Source of the DNA: an uncultured Ignavibacterium sp.
GTDB taxonomy: Bacteria > Bacteroidota > Ignavibacteria > Tepidaquicellales > Tepidaquicellaceae
Reading direction: 5' to 3'
DNA length: 64,000 nucleotides
Assembly (NCBI GenBank): GCA_964452115.1
Contig: CAYVKY010000001.1
Coordinates: forward strand, 5,848 to 69,847
The position numbers and the translations under genes were made by a program. Of the stretch, positions 29,356 through 38,697 are shown in pieces. The notes under the pieces were generated by a model. The model saw only the letters and a program-made list of their open reading frames with translations, ran no database searches and was not told the DNA's origin. Position 1 is the stretch's first letter, and the number at the start of each line of letters is the position of its first letter.

Positions 29356-30820
29356 TTCCTCGTGATTTCAGGAATATTTTTATCTGTGTGTTTTCAAATG
29401 CATTCTGCTCCGATGTAAGATATTCAATTATTTTTCTTGAGCGTTCGCTTGTGAAATTATAAAATTTGTTGACAGGAAAATCATCAGAATGGTCGCGGTA
29501 AACTTTTATCGAATCAATCATCTTCAGTGTCGTATCAGCCTCAAGGTCTCTCAGCATAAGGTCGCTTTCGGTAAAAGGTGTCCCGTCCAGAGATGCTTCC
29601 CAGATAATAAACGCTTTATCAAGAGATTTCAAAGTTTTTTTGTTCATTTTGTGGAAAAAACTGTAATCGCAGTAAGGCATATCAAATGCAACCGATGACT
29701 GATATAAATCCGTCATTACGGGATAATCAGGATATTTCTGATTCCTAAGTGAAGCAATATTTTCACATACCGAATCAATTTCATATTTGGTATGTAAAGG
29801 TGTGAGAAACGGTCCGCTTGCAAAAAGAAGCAGAATCAATAAAATAAAAACAGAAATATTAATATATTTTATTTTAAAAAGATTCAGAAAATATCCGATA
29901 CCCGCTGCGGAGAATATTCCGAGCATCGGACCGACAACGGAAATGTATCTTATCTGACCGATGCTGCAGGTGGCATTAAATGTGTCAAGTGCGGCAAGTG
30001 TATGCCCCGCAATGCCGCCAATTAATATAAGTAACGGTAAAATCCAATCCGAAATACTTTTTTTTATCACAAGTATTATGATTGCAGCAAAGAAAAACAA
30101 TATATTCACGATACCGAAAGTTTTCGGCGAAAATACAATATAGTGATACCATTTAATACCTGATGTGATTCTCGGCAGGTTGCTGTGAAGTCCGAATATT
30201 TTAAAAATATGCAGTGCGTCTCCCGTGATTGCCAACGATACAAAATACCAAATCAAGGGACCAATCAGTGCAAGAGGGATGACATACCATTTTTTTCTGA
30301 AAAGCAGAAACAGAACTATTAAACCGCATACAAAAAAATATTCAGTTCTGAAAAGAAATGTAAAGGACGAAACAATAACAGACCAGCTGAAATTACCTTT
30401 AATGTAAAGATAATATGAAAAAATTATAAGGAAAGCTGTCGGAAGTTCTGCAAGGGCAGTAAAAGAAATATTAAATAATACAGGCTGAAAACCAATTGCG
30501 AGCAGAGCCCATTCGGGATGCGGAATGTTTTTGAATTTTAAAATTTTATAGCCGAAGATTGCAGTCAGGTTAAAAATTATTGCAGCCGTAATCTGAACCG
30601 CTTTGTAATTCAACTGAGCGGGAAGTGCATAGAGCATCACTCTGCCGAGCCTTGCCCACGAACTTATAATGTAATGCGGCATCTGATAAAAGTGCCTGTT
30701 GTAAACATAATGGCAGCCGTCATCAATAAAATAGAATCCCGGCGATAATACCAGCCAGATAATTTGCACTACGATGAGCGCTGCAAGTAATATCAGAAAG
30801 TTTTTATTTTCTTTTATCAT
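29348..30820 (-). CDS. Polytopic membrane protein, possible GT-C-fold glycosyltransferase
   Basis: About 12 predicted TM helices. An acidic DD motif sits in the first extracytoplasmic loop (SPGFYFIDDGCHYVYN). A roughly 150-aa soluble C-terminal domain follows. The family call is an inference. Confidence 0.45.
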   Translation of the reverse strand: MIKENKNFLILLAALIVVQIIWLVLSPGFYFIDDGCHYVYNRHFYQMPHYIISSWARLGRVMLYALPAQLNYKAVQITAAIIFNLTAIFGYKILKFKNIPHPEWALLAIGFQPVLFNISFTALAELPTAFLIIFSYYLYIKGNFSWSVIVSSFTFLFRTEYFFVCGLIVLFLLFRKKWYVIPLALIGPLIWYFVSLAITGDALHIFKIFGLHSNLPRITSGIKWYHYIVFSPKTFGIVNILFFFAAIIILVIKKSISDWILPLLILIGGIAGHTLAALDTFNATCSIGQIRYISVVGPMLGIFSAAGIGYFLNLFKIKYINISVFILLILLLFASGPFLTPLHTKYEIDSVCENIASLRNQKYPDYPVMTDLYQSSVAFDMPYCDYSFFHKMNKKTLKSLDKAFIIWEASLDGTPFTESDLMLRDLEADTTLKMIDSIKVYRDHSDDFPVNKFYNFTSERSRKIIEYLTSEQNAFENTQIKIFLKSRGND

Positions 30821-31239
30821 TATTCTCCGATTAATTGAACTATTATTCTCCTGTTTCTTGGTCTGTTGTCAAAATCTATAAATACAACCTGCTGCCAGGT
30901 TCCTAGTACGAGCTGTGAATTTATCAGGGGAATTGAAAAATTTGTTTTAAAAAGTGCAGAACGAAGATGAGAAAAACCGTTACCGTCTCCCCAGGTATCA
31001 TCGTGATTGTATCTCTGATTTTTAGGGATTAATTTATTTAGCAATTCGGGAAGGTCTTTCAAAAGCCCTGATTCATATTCAAGAGTCGTAATACCCGTTG
31101 TCGAACCGACTGCAAAAATGCTGCATAAGCCGTTAGAAAATCCCGAATTAATTCTGACAGTTTCAATTTTGTCCGTGATGTTCACAATATCACAGTTGCC
31201 TTTCGTTTTGAATGTAATTTCTTCGCTGTAGAATTTCAT
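30820..31239 (-). CDS. yjbQ: YjbQ/UPF0047 family protein (secondary thiamine-phosphate synthase-like)
   Basis: 139 aa. The C-terminus LVLGTWQQVVFIDFDNRPRNRRIIVQLIGE closely parallels E. coli YjbQ (GTWQGIWLGEHR...RRIIATLQGE). Also GFSHLRSAL. Confidence 0.88.
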   Translation of the reverse strand: MKFYSEEITFKTKGNCDIVNITDKIETVRINSGFSNGLCSIFAVGSTTGITTLEYESGLLKDLPELLNKLIPKNQRYNHDDTWGDGNGFSHLRSALFKTNFSIPLINSQLVLGTWQQVVFIDFDNRPRNRRIIVQLIGE

Positions 31240-32051
31240 AATTTAAATGCGATAATTTGATTTTTTTCCCTCAGACAAATAAGATATCTGCCTTTTATAA
31301 AAAAACTGTCAGGCACCTGATATGAAGCATCTTTATTCAATGTTTCTTCATATAACTTTTCACCGGAATCCAAATCATATATGCAAATAACATTGTCAAG
31401 AAACTTTTCGTGCTTTATATGATAATTGAAAATAATTTTTTCGGCGAATATTACAGCCTCCGCACTGCCGGAAACAGTTTTGTCTTTCAATTCCTTTTCA
31501 ATCAAGTGATGCGGAATAGATTCGGGATAACGGAATTCTGCATCAAAGTATTCATACGTGCTCTTTTCACGGAGTTCGTAAACGGAGGAATTCTCTTCAT
31601 TGGAGAATTTCTTTATCAATTTCCCTGAGTTAAAATCAAGCAGCGATATTTCAGTTGTTTCAAATAATTGCCTGATTGCATAAACACCGTCTGCATTATG
31701 AAATATGTATTCAAGTTCATTGTTTTCCCAGATTTTCTCGCCTGACTTTGCGTCAAGCGCTATTATGCCTTTGTGCATAGGCATTTCGGGCTGTGCAAAC
31801 CTGTGCAGGAAAATAAATTTTCCGCCTGCATTTTCAGAACCTACCCAGAAATCTTCGTTTTCAAATACGAAATTTTTCAGGAATACTTTTCCCGTCTTTA
31901 CATCAAGAGAGAAAAAATAAACGCGTTTTGTTTCCGGATCTCTGGTCTCTCCCGCAAGGATATCGTCATCTGCAAAATGCAGTCTGAAAATATTCCCTTT
32001 CTGAGAAAACTGCCAGAGAGGGGAAAGTTTATCTGATTTGAATAATTTCAA
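31236..32051 (-). CDS. Hypothetical protein (beta-rich, possibly DUF4905-like)
   Basis: Long ORF with 4-nt overlaps to coaX and yjbQ. Repeated beta-strand/Gly-Lys turn pattern (DVKTGKVF, DAKSGEKIW, DFNSGKLI, DLDSGEKLY). I recognised no catalytic motif. Confidence 0.5.
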   Translation of the reverse strand: MKLFKSDKLSPLWQFSQKGNIFRLHFADDDILAGETRDPETKRVYFFSLDVKTGKVFLKNFVFENEDFWVGSENAGGKFIFLHRFAQPEMPMHKGIIALDAKSGEKIWENNELEYIFHNADGVYAIRQLFETTEISLLDFNSGKLIKKFSNEENSSVYELREKSTYEYFDAEFRYPESIPHHLIEKELKDKTVSGSAEAVIFAEKIIFNYHIKHEKFLDNVICIYDLDSGEKLYEETLNKDASYQVPDSFFIKGRYLICLREKNQIIAFKL

Positions 32052-32794
32052 TTATAATAATTTAATATTTTTAGAATTCCTTTTAAAACGAGATTTTCGT
32101 CAATCAATTCTATTTTATCGGAAATCTTTTTCATAAGCGCCGTGCCTCCGCCTGTTGCAATTACAATCAGGTCATTATATATACTTTCATATCCGCCGAC
32201 AATTCCTTCGAATGACATCTTAGCATTTAATAAAATTCCCGAGCGTATCGCGCCTTTCGTACCTGAGTTCAAAAAATCAAATTTGGAATTTAATTCCACA
32301 TCGGGGAGATCTGTGTTCTTAATCAGCGCATTGTGGGATAAGAACAGTCCCGGCGTAATAATGCCGCCCATATAAACGCCTTCTGATAGAATGCTGTAAG
32401 TGGTGGCGGTTCCGAAATCGACAATCAGTATATTTTTGTAATCTCCGTAATTGAAATATGCTCCTGCCGCCGCTGCAACTCTGTCAGAGCCGAGCGTTTT
32501 TTCGTATCTGAACTTAATACCGCAGTTGTGATTTATATCTACAAAAATATTGTCATTGGTCACATTCTTAATAACAAAATCGCTCAGCTCATCTTTCAAT
32601 CCTGAGTCAACAAGAGAAATTCCGGATTTGTCAAAATTCATTCCCTTATATTTTCCGAGCAGGGTTTCAAGTGCAGCAGTGAAATTATTTTTATCATACT
32701 CAGCGCGTTTTACACTGTGTATGATAACGCCGTTTTTGTCAGTGACGCCTGCTTTGATATTTGAATTTCCTATATCTAATAATAAATACTTCAT
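32048..32794 (-). CDS. coaX: Type III pantothenate kinase
   Basis: LLLDIGNSNIK phosphate-1 motif, LGSDRVAAAAGA, VDFGTATT, ATGGG. 248 aa. Confidence 0.9.
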   Translation of the reverse strand: MKYLLLDIGNSNIKAGVTDKNGVIIHSVKRAEYDKNNFTAALETLLGKYKGMNFDKSGISLVDSGLKDELSDFVIKNVTNDNIFVDINHNCGIKFRYEKTLGSDRVAAAAGAYFNYGDYKNILIVDFGTATTYSILSEGVYMGGIITPGLFLSHNALIKNTDLPDVELNSKFDFLNSGTKGAIRSGILLNAKMSFEGIVGGYESIYNDLIVIATGGGTALMKKISDKIELIDENLVLKGILKILNYYN

Positions 32795-32797
32795 AAA

Positions 32798-32831
32798 TAA
32801 AAAAAAGCGTAAAAGATAAATCTCTTACGCT
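32798..32831 (-). terminator. Rho-independent terminator of the upstream OMP gene, abutting the coaX start
   Basis: On the minus strand, AGCGTAAGAG-loop-CTTTTACGCT (one mismatch) is followed by T8-9. The U-tract ends about 4 nt before the coaX ATG (32794). Confidence 0.6.
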
Positions 32832-32854
32832 TATAATAAATATTTATTTAAAAA

Positions 32855-33403
32855 TCATAAAGGCAATTTGACACCACCGGTTAATACGTAGTGTTCCTTA
32901 TTTCCGCTGTTTCGGATGATTAATTTGTACCTTCCGTCAACAAAAACTGTTGCGCCTTTAATAAGTTCTTTAAATTCAAGCCCGAGACCTAAATTCAGCC
33001 CGAGTGCCGTAAAAGATTCGTCATTGTCTTTATCGTCATAAAAATTTACACCTAAACCTGCTTCACCGTAAGGGCTGAGACCTGCCATTGCAAAATGTAA
33101 AGCCATGTCTCCGGCAAGTTCAAAGTTGTTTGTCTCATTGACCTTCCAGTAATTTGCCTGCGGTATGATTGAGAAGCTTTCCATCGCAACTTCAGTGAAG
33201 AATGATAAATTAATTCCTGTGGTGCTTTTGAAAAATGCAGGGCCTACACCGATGCCGAGCGATATATTGGATTTAGGAGCTATTGTGTTTGCCTTTTCGG
33301 TTAATGGGGAAAGGGTACTTTTATTTTCAAGGTATTGTGCATTTACAAATACAGGCACAAAAATAATGACTAACGATAGTAATAAGAGTTTTTTCAGTTT
33401 CAT
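32855..33403 (-). CDS. Small outer-membrane beta-barrel protein (OmpW/opacity-porin-like)
   Basis: Signal peptide (LLLLSLVIIFVPVFVNAQ), alternating amphipathic strands, Gly/aromatic-rich turns. 182 aa. Confidence 0.55.
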   Translation of the reverse strand: MKLKKLLLLSLVIIFVPVFVNAQYLENKSTLSPLTEKANTIAPKSNISLGIGVGPAFFKSTTGINLSFFTEVAMESFSIIPQANYWKVNETNNFELAGDMALHFAMAGLSPYGEAGLGVNFYDDKDNDESFTALGLNLGLGLEFKELIKGATVFVDGRYKLIIRNSGNKEHYVLTGGVKLPL

Positions 33404-33408
33404 ATTTG

Positions 33409-34029
33409 TTAATTTATATTTGAAATATCTAATTTTTTGATTTCATCTCGTATTAAGGCTGCTTTTTCATATTCTTCTTTGGCGATAGCATCTTCCAAAT
33501 CTTTTTTTAATTCTTCAAGTCTGTCTCGTTTTGTTTCTGTAGTGGATTTTTCTGCTTCAGGTTCAGGCTCGTTTTTCTGGGGTTCCTGAGATGAAGATGT
33601 TTCCTGTTCTGCTTCGGGTATGAACCCGACTTCGTCCATTATTCCTCTTGATACAAATATCGGCGCCTGAAATTTAAGTGCAATTGCAATCGCATCAGAA
33701 GGTCTGGAATCCATATCTTCGATTTCATCCGAATCGAATTTTATTCTCGCATAAAATGTGGAATCCTTAATTTCGTTTATTAAAACGTATTCTATGCTGT
33801 ACCCGAAATGTTCCACAAGATTTTTTATCAGATCGTGTGTGAGAGGTCTTGGAGAAACTATGCCTTCGAGTTGTATTGCTATTGCCTGCGCCTCAAATTG
33901 TCCGATAATAATAGGGAGCCGTCTTTCGCCTTCTACTTCTTTGAGTATTATTGCATAACCGCCGCCGCTAATAGATGAGGATAATGATAATCCGTATATC
34001 TCTACCTGTATTAATTCTTTTTCGTCCAT
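33409..34029 (-). CDS. Bifunctional nuclease family protein (DUF151) with a C-terminal UVR motif
   Basis: RLPIIIGQFEAQAIAIQLEGIVSPRPLTHDLI and DSRPSDAIAIALK blocks, an acidic linker, then a UvrB/C-type helix (EEYEKAALIRDEIKKL). Confidence 0.85.
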   Translation of the reverse strand: MDEKELIQVEIYGLSLSSSISGGGYAIILKEVEGERRLPIIIGQFEAQAIAIQLEGIVSPRPLTHDLIKNLVEHFGYSIEYVLINEIKDSTFYARIKFDSDEIEDMDSRPSDAIAIALKFQAPIFVSRGIMDEVGFIPEAEQETSSSQEPQKNEPEPEAEKSTTETKRDRLEELKKDLEDAIAKEEYEKAALIRDEIKKLDISNIN

Positions 34030-34121
34030 AATAATTTTATACTGTTAAATCATTTCAAAGTTTCAATCTCTGTTAAGAAATTAATTTATTTTCATAGAAT
34101 TAAAAAGTCAATTTATAAATA

Positions 34122-35123
34122 TCATTGATACTTTTTAATCTCTTCCGTCATCTTCGGCAGTATTTCGAATACATCTCCTACTATACCGTAATCTGCAATC
34201 TGAAATATCGGTGCATCTTTGTCTTTATTGATTGCCACGATGCATTTGGAAGTTGACATGCCTGCCAGATGCTGGATAGCTCCGCTGATTCCGCAGGCGA
34301 TATATAAAACCGGCGAAACCGTTTTGCCCGTTTGTCCGACCTGTTCGGAATGGCTCCTCCAGCCGGCATCAACCACTGCACGCGAGGCGCCGATTGCCGC
34401 ACTAAGCACCGCGGCTAAGTCTTCAACCAGTTTCCAGTTTTCCGGACCTCTGAGCCCTCTTCCTGCAGATACAATTTTATCCGCTTCGGCTACATCGGGC
34501 TTGCCTTTCGATACCGAACGGTCAATCACAATGGTTTTGAAGTCATCTGCGTTGATATTGAATTTCGATACGGGAATTTCATCAATTGCCATATCCGGTA
34601 TTTCTTTCTTTTCCATAGGGAACATGTTCATTCTCAAAGTTAAAACAAGTTTATCTTTTAACGGTTTCAGTTTCAGCAGGCTTTTTCCTGCAAATACCGG
34701 TTTTGTAATTTCGATTTCTCCGTTTTCAAATTCTATGTGTGTACAATCCGTTATTAATGCAGCATCAAATGCAGCGCTGACTCTTGGTGAAATTTCCTTT
34801 GCGCTTGCGGTATTAGACATAAAAACAACATCACACTCTTCCTGAGCAGCAAATGCAGAAATTACTTTTGCGGCGGCGTCATAGGAAAAAAGAATATTCT
34901 TTCCCTGAATTTTATTTAATTCCTTCAGAGAAATATACTGAAGATTCCCGACACCGTACTGTTTTAATTCGTTATAATTGGATTCATCAACATCTGCAAT
35001 TGTAAGGAACTTCACGCCTGCTCCCGATTTACCTGCAAGTTTCAGTGAAGCTGAAATAATTTCGTATGAATTATTTTTGAACTTGCCGTCTTTCGGTTCT
35101 AAATATACAAGTATATTCTTCAT
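34122..35123 (-). CDS. etfA: Electron transfer flavoprotein subunit alpha
   Basis: C-terminal FAD-binding block PVLYIACGISGAIQHLAGM and APIFQIADYGIVGD. 333 aa. Follows etfB. Confidence 0.9.
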   Translation of the reverse strand: MKNILVYLEPKDGKFKNNSYEIISASLKLAGKSGAGVKFLTIADVDESNYNELKQYGVGNLQYISLKELNKIQGKNILFSYDAAAKVISAFAAQEECDVVFMSNTASAKEISPRVSAAFDAALITDCTHIEFENGEIEITKPVFAGKSLLKLKPLKDKLVLTLRMNMFPMEKKEIPDMAIDEIPVSKFNINADDFKTIVIDRSVSKGKPDVAEADKIVSAGRGLRGPENWKLVEDLAAVLSAAIGASRAVVDAGWRSHSEQVGQTGKTVSPVLYIACGISGAIQHLAGMSTSKCIVAINKDKDAPIFQIADYGIVGDVFEILPKMTEEIKKYQ

Positions 35124-35141
35124 TTTTAATTCAATTTAAAT

Positions 35142-35888
35142 TTAAAAAACTTTTGCTTCTGTTTTCAGCAGTTTCACAACTTCTTCCACGCTGTCCGCTC
35201 CTTCAAATATTTTTCCTTTACCCTTGCCCTGAGGCAGCACCATACTTTTTACTTCAATATAATTGCCTTTATAAGTCTGCGGTCTGACATCAATCGGTTT
35301 GGACTTCGATGCCATTATGCTTTTCAGATTCGGATAGCGGGGATTGTTCAGCCCTTTCTGCGCACCGATTATAACCGGCATAGCAGCAGAAACTGTTTCC
35401 TTGCCGCCTTCGATTTCCCGTTCAGCAGTTATTTCGTTGCCGTTTATTGCGAGACTCGTTACAATGCTGACTGCAGGAATATTCAGCAGCGCGCCGACAA
35501 GTATGGGAAGATACTGTCCGTCATAATCAATTGACTGTTTGCCGAACAGAATTATATCAGGATTAATTTCCTTTAACACATCGGCAAGATTTCTGGCCGC
35601 GGTATAACTGTCAAAATTTTCATCGTCGGATTTTATCAGAATTCCTTTATCAATACCAATCTGAAAAGATTTCTTGATTGCTTCTTTGGATGCATCGGTA
35701 CCGAAAGAAATGACAGTTGTTTCTGCCTGATTATTTTCTTTCAGTTTTACGGCTTCTTCAACCGCAAATTCATCATAAGGATTGATGATGAAGCTGACAC
35801 CGTTAGGGTCAATGGATTTTCCGCTGCTGTCTATTTTTACCTTTGTTGTGCTGTCAGGTACAAGTGATACGCATACAACTGCTTTCAT
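35142..35888 (-). CDS. etfB: Electron transfer flavoprotein subunit beta
   Basis: MKAVVCVSLVPDSTTKVKI, NPYDEFAVEEAVKLKE, ILFGKQSIDYD. 248 aa. Confidence 0.9.
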   Translation of the reverse strand: MKAVVCVSLVPDSTTKVKIDSSGKSIDPNGVSFIINPYDEFAVEEAVKLKENNQAETTVISFGTDASKEAIKKSFQIGIDKGILIKSDDENFDSYTAARNLADVLKEINPDIILFGKQSIDYDGQYLPILVGALLNIPAVSIVTSLAINGNEITAEREIEGGKETVSAAMPVIIGAQKGLNNPRYPNLKSIMASKSKPIDVRPQTYKGNYIEVKSMVLPQGKGKGKIFEGADSVEEVVKLLKTEAKVF

Positions 35889-35955
35889 AAATTAAAAATT
35901 AGATTAAAAATTATTTAAAGTTTTTTAATATATAAAATTGCTACAATTTTTAACA

Positions 35956-35984
35956 TTGATTAAGTAAATAAAATTTCATAAATT
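35956..35984 (+). promoter_or_regulatory. Candidate sigma-70-type promoter for the tRNA
   Basis: TTGATT-N17-TAAATT ends 9 nt before the mature tRNA 5' end. This is a pattern match only, in very AT-rich DNA. Confidence 0.3.
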
Positions 35985-35993
35985 ATAGAATAC

Positions 35994-36066
<73 letters not shown>

Positions 36067-36073
36067 CAAAGCA

Positions 36074-36112
36074 AAGCCATAAATGATTTATCATTTGTGG
36101 CTTTTTTGTTTT
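36074..36112 (+). terminator. Rho-independent terminator after the tRNA
   Basis: A 13-bp stem (AAGCCATAAATGA / TCATTTGTGGCTT, one G:U) with loop TTTA is followed by TTTTGTTTT. Confidence 0.85.
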
Positions 36113-36162
36113 ATATAATTGAAACCTTAATAAATATTAAGTATTTTATAAGAAAAATATAT

Positions 36163-36663
36163 ATGACATTTTCATTTGACATTGTATCGGAAATTGACCT
36201 GCAGGAAGTTGATAACGCAGTGAACCAGACAATAAAAGAAGTTAATCAGAGATATGACCTGAAAGACGCAAAATGTGTAATTGATTTTAATAAAAAAGAT
36301 AAAAAAATCACACTGACTGCAGTAGATGATTTCAAGGTTAAATCTATGAACGAAGTGCTTCAGGGTAAAATGGTTAAACGCGGAATATCGCTGAAAGCAT
36401 TGAAATATGATGAGCCTGAACAGAGTTCATCAGGCCACACGAGGCAGAACATAAACCTTCAACAGGGGATTGATAAAGACAGCGCGCGGAAAATTGTGAA
36501 AATGATAAAAGATACAAAACTCAAAGTGCAGGCATCAATTATGGATGAAATGGTGAGGGTTACGGGAAAAGTTAAAGACGACCTTCAGTCTGTGATGAAG
36601 ATGCTTCGCGATGCGGATATGAATTTAGCACTTCAGTTCACAAATTACAGGGAAAACAGATGA
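36163..36663 (+). CDS. yajQ: YajQ family nucleotide (cyclic-di-GMP)-binding protein
   Basis: MTFSFDIVSEIDLQEVDNAVNQTIKEVNQRYDLKD is the canonical YajQ/UPF0234 N-terminus. The track start at 36097 lies inside the tRNA terminator, so I moved the start to the ATG at 36163. Confidence 0.9.
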   Translation: MTFSFDIVSEIDLQEVDNAVNQTIKEVNQRYDLKDAKCVIDFNKKDKKITLTAVDDFKVKSMNEVLQGKMVKRGISLKALKYDEPEQSSSGHTRQNINLQQGIDKDSARKIVKMIKDTKLKVQASIMDEMVRVTGKVKDDLQSVMKMLRDADMNLALQFTNYRENR

Positions 36664-37445
36664 GATACTTAATTTTGTGTCTTTTTGCTTTTATTGTTTT
36701 ACTGACGGGCAGCGGTGCGGATAATCCCGAAAGTAAAAAATTTACGGTAATTCTGGATGCAGGACACGGAGGCAAAGACCCCGGAACAACAGGTCTGAGC
36801 GGAGTGAATGAAAAGAACCTGAATCTTGCAATAGTTTTAAAAATAAAATCATTTCTTGAAAAATATCCGGATATTAAAGTTGTACTTACAAGAGACAAAG
36901 ATGAATTCATAGAACTCAAAGAAAGAAGTGCGATTGCAAACCGGGAAGGCGGCAACCTTTTCGTCAGCATACACTGCAATTATAAAAAGTCCGATGAACT
37001 GGATAAAAACGGATTTGAGATTTACCTGTCAGACCTTACCAGATTAAAGGAGTCGGAAAATTACACGCGCACACAGAATATTTCGGATTATTTTAAGGAC
37101 AGGGATACGCTTTCAAATCAGTGGAATAATTATTCCAATCTGCTGGTTCCTGCTTTGCAAAATTCATATTTCCATTTGTCGGAGAGGTTCGGCGGAATTG
37201 CAGAACTTGAACTTGCAACGGAATCCGTGCTAATGAGCAGGGGACTTAATCAGGATGCATTTTTTGTGCTTGTAGGCGCTTCAATGCCGACTGTTTTAAT
37301 CGAAACAGGTTTCCTGTCAAACAAAGCAGACGAGGCATATCTTAAATCCGAGAAAGGTCAGGAATCGATAGCAAAGGCGGTTTATAAATCCATTATATAT
37401 TATAAAATGGATTATGACTTTGAAAGGAATTTTTTATTTAAATAA
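36660..37445 (+). CDS. N-acetylmuramoyl-L-alanine amidase (Amidase_3 family)
   Basis: Signal peptide or lipobox-like N-terminus, then ILDAGHGGKDPGT, FVSIHCN and VLIETGFLSN (zinc ligands H/E/H context). Confidence 0.85.
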   Translation: MRYLILCLFAFIVLLTGSGADNPESKKFTVILDAGHGGKDPGTTGLSGVNEKNLNLAIVLKIKSFLEKYPDIKVVLTRDKDEFIELKERSAIANREGGNLFVSIHCNYKKSDELDKNGFEIYLSDLTRLKESENYTRTQNISDYFKDRDTLSNQWNNYSNLLVPALQNSYFHLSERFGGIAELELATESVLMSRGLNQDAFFVLVGASMPTVLIETGFLSNKADEAYLKSEKGQESIAKAVYKSIIYYKMDYDFERNFLFK

Positions 37446-37461
37446 TAATATTTTTATTAAC

Positions 37462-37498
37462 AAAAAAGGCAGTCATTTATTAAATGACTGCCTTTTTT
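37462..37498. terminator. Bidirectional Rho-independent terminator between the convergent amidase and rlpA genes
   Basis: Near-perfect palindrome AAAAAAGGCAGTCATTTA T TAAATGACTGCCTTTTTT, flanked by an A-run and a T-run. Confidence 0.8.
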
Positions 37499-37500
37499 AT

Positions 37501-38424
37501 TTAACTTCCGATTTTTACTAGTTTAACGGTATAACCTTCTTTTTCAAGTTTTTTCACATCAGACTTCGCATCTGACTCAGTTGTATATACACCTGTTAAA
37601 ACGTAAAAGAAAGTAGAGTCTTTTTTCGGCTTTACCTGTATAAAGATTGTACCAAAGTTTAATGACTCTAAATTTCCAATGAGCTGCTTCGTATCGTAAT
37701 CACCTGACGTTTTCAGTATCTTAATTGTATATCCGGATGATATTCTGTCGGGAACTTCTGAACTATTAATGTCTTCGTTATCATTTATTTTCTTAAATAA
37801 AGAAGAATTTACGTCGTCAGGATTAGGGGTAAGCAGATTGAGGTTTACCTTTTTGAAGGTGTAAAGATGATTCAATATGTTTTGTTTTGTCTGGATGACA
37901 TCTTCAAAAAGATCGGCTGGTTTAAATCCCTCTACTTCGCTCTCACCGTCTTCAGAGAGCTCAAGGTCAGGATTGTAATATTCCAGAGTCACGTGAGCTA
38001 AACCACCCATCTCTAACTCCTGCTTTGCTGCATAGGACAAGTCTATTATTCTTCCGCCGGAATATGGACCGCGGTCGTTGATTCTAACTACAACGAATTT
38101 TCCGTTACTTTGATTTGTAACTTTTACCTCGGTTCCAAAAGGCAGGTATTTGTGAGCTGCAGTGAAATCATAAGTATTGAATGTTTCACCATTTGCAGTT
38201 CTTCGTCCCTGAAATCCGGGTCCATACCAGCTTGCAACGCCTTCTTGTATAAAACTCGGGTTTTCAGATTTAGGACTGCCTATTGCATCATTATGATACG
38301 TAGCACTAATTGGTTCTAATATGAAAGCAATGAGCAATACTGCACTCATCACAATCAGTTTCAGAGTTTTCAAGATATTTCTTCTCCTGTTTATGTTTTC
38401 GATTGTTTTTAAAAATCTCAGCAC
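37501..38424 (-). CDS. rlpA: Septal ring lytic transglycosylase RlpA family protein with a C-terminal SPOR domain
   Basis: DPBB block GVASWYGPGFQGRRTANGETFNTYDFTAAHKYLPFGTEVKVTN...VVVRINDRGP. SPOR-like C-terminus (YTIKILKTS...FYVLTGVYTTESDAKSDVKKLEKEGY). Confidence 0.8.
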   Translation of the reverse strand: MLRFLKTIENINRRRNILKTLKLIVMSAVLLIAFILEPISATYHNDAIGSPKSENPSFIQEGVASWYGPGFQGRRTANGETFNTYDFTAAHKYLPFGTEVKVTNQSNGKFVVVRINDRGPYSGGRIIDLSYAAKQELEMGGLAHVTLEYYNPDLELSEDGESEVEGFKPADLFEDVIQTKQNILNHLYTFKKVNLNLLTPNPDDVNSSLFKKINDNEDINSSEVPDRISSGYTIKILKTSGDYDTKQLIGNLESLNFGTIFIQVKPKKDSTFFYVLTGVYTTESDAKSDVKKLEKEGYTVKLVKIGS

Positions 38425-38697
38425 TTATTCACAGCTTTAAAACCACTAGTGCATTCTTTCAAAGAACGTATAATATAAAATATTATTACTAAGTCAAAAT
38501 TTAAGTGTGTAAAATATAAAATCTCATTCGGTTTGTCAATATAAAAATAAAAAAAATTTATGCTTTATGGTATTTACCACTTTAAGTCATAATGCGTAAC
38601 GTATTAAAAAATATATCCATTGTGGTTAATATATAAAGTTAAAAAAATTACACCACGAGTTAACGCAAAACGGCGGATTTCCGGAATTTGTCAAAAA

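Noticed and set aside
34219-34845. A 208-aa plus-strand ORF antisense to etfA. Similar long antisense ORFs lie inside purL (20872..21270, 21149..21502), the Fe-S protein gene (24529..24921), gdh (39262..39812), porU and others.
   Set aside because: They lie entirely within strongly supported genes on the opposite strand. Their compositions are low-complexity and Ser/Pro/Cys-rich, typical of shadow frames, and they carry no recognisable motifs.
36097-36162. A 22-codon N-terminal extension of yajQ in the ORF track.
   Set aside because: The extension overlaps the tRNA terminator hairpin and U-tract. The canonical YajQ N-terminus begins at the ATG at 36163.
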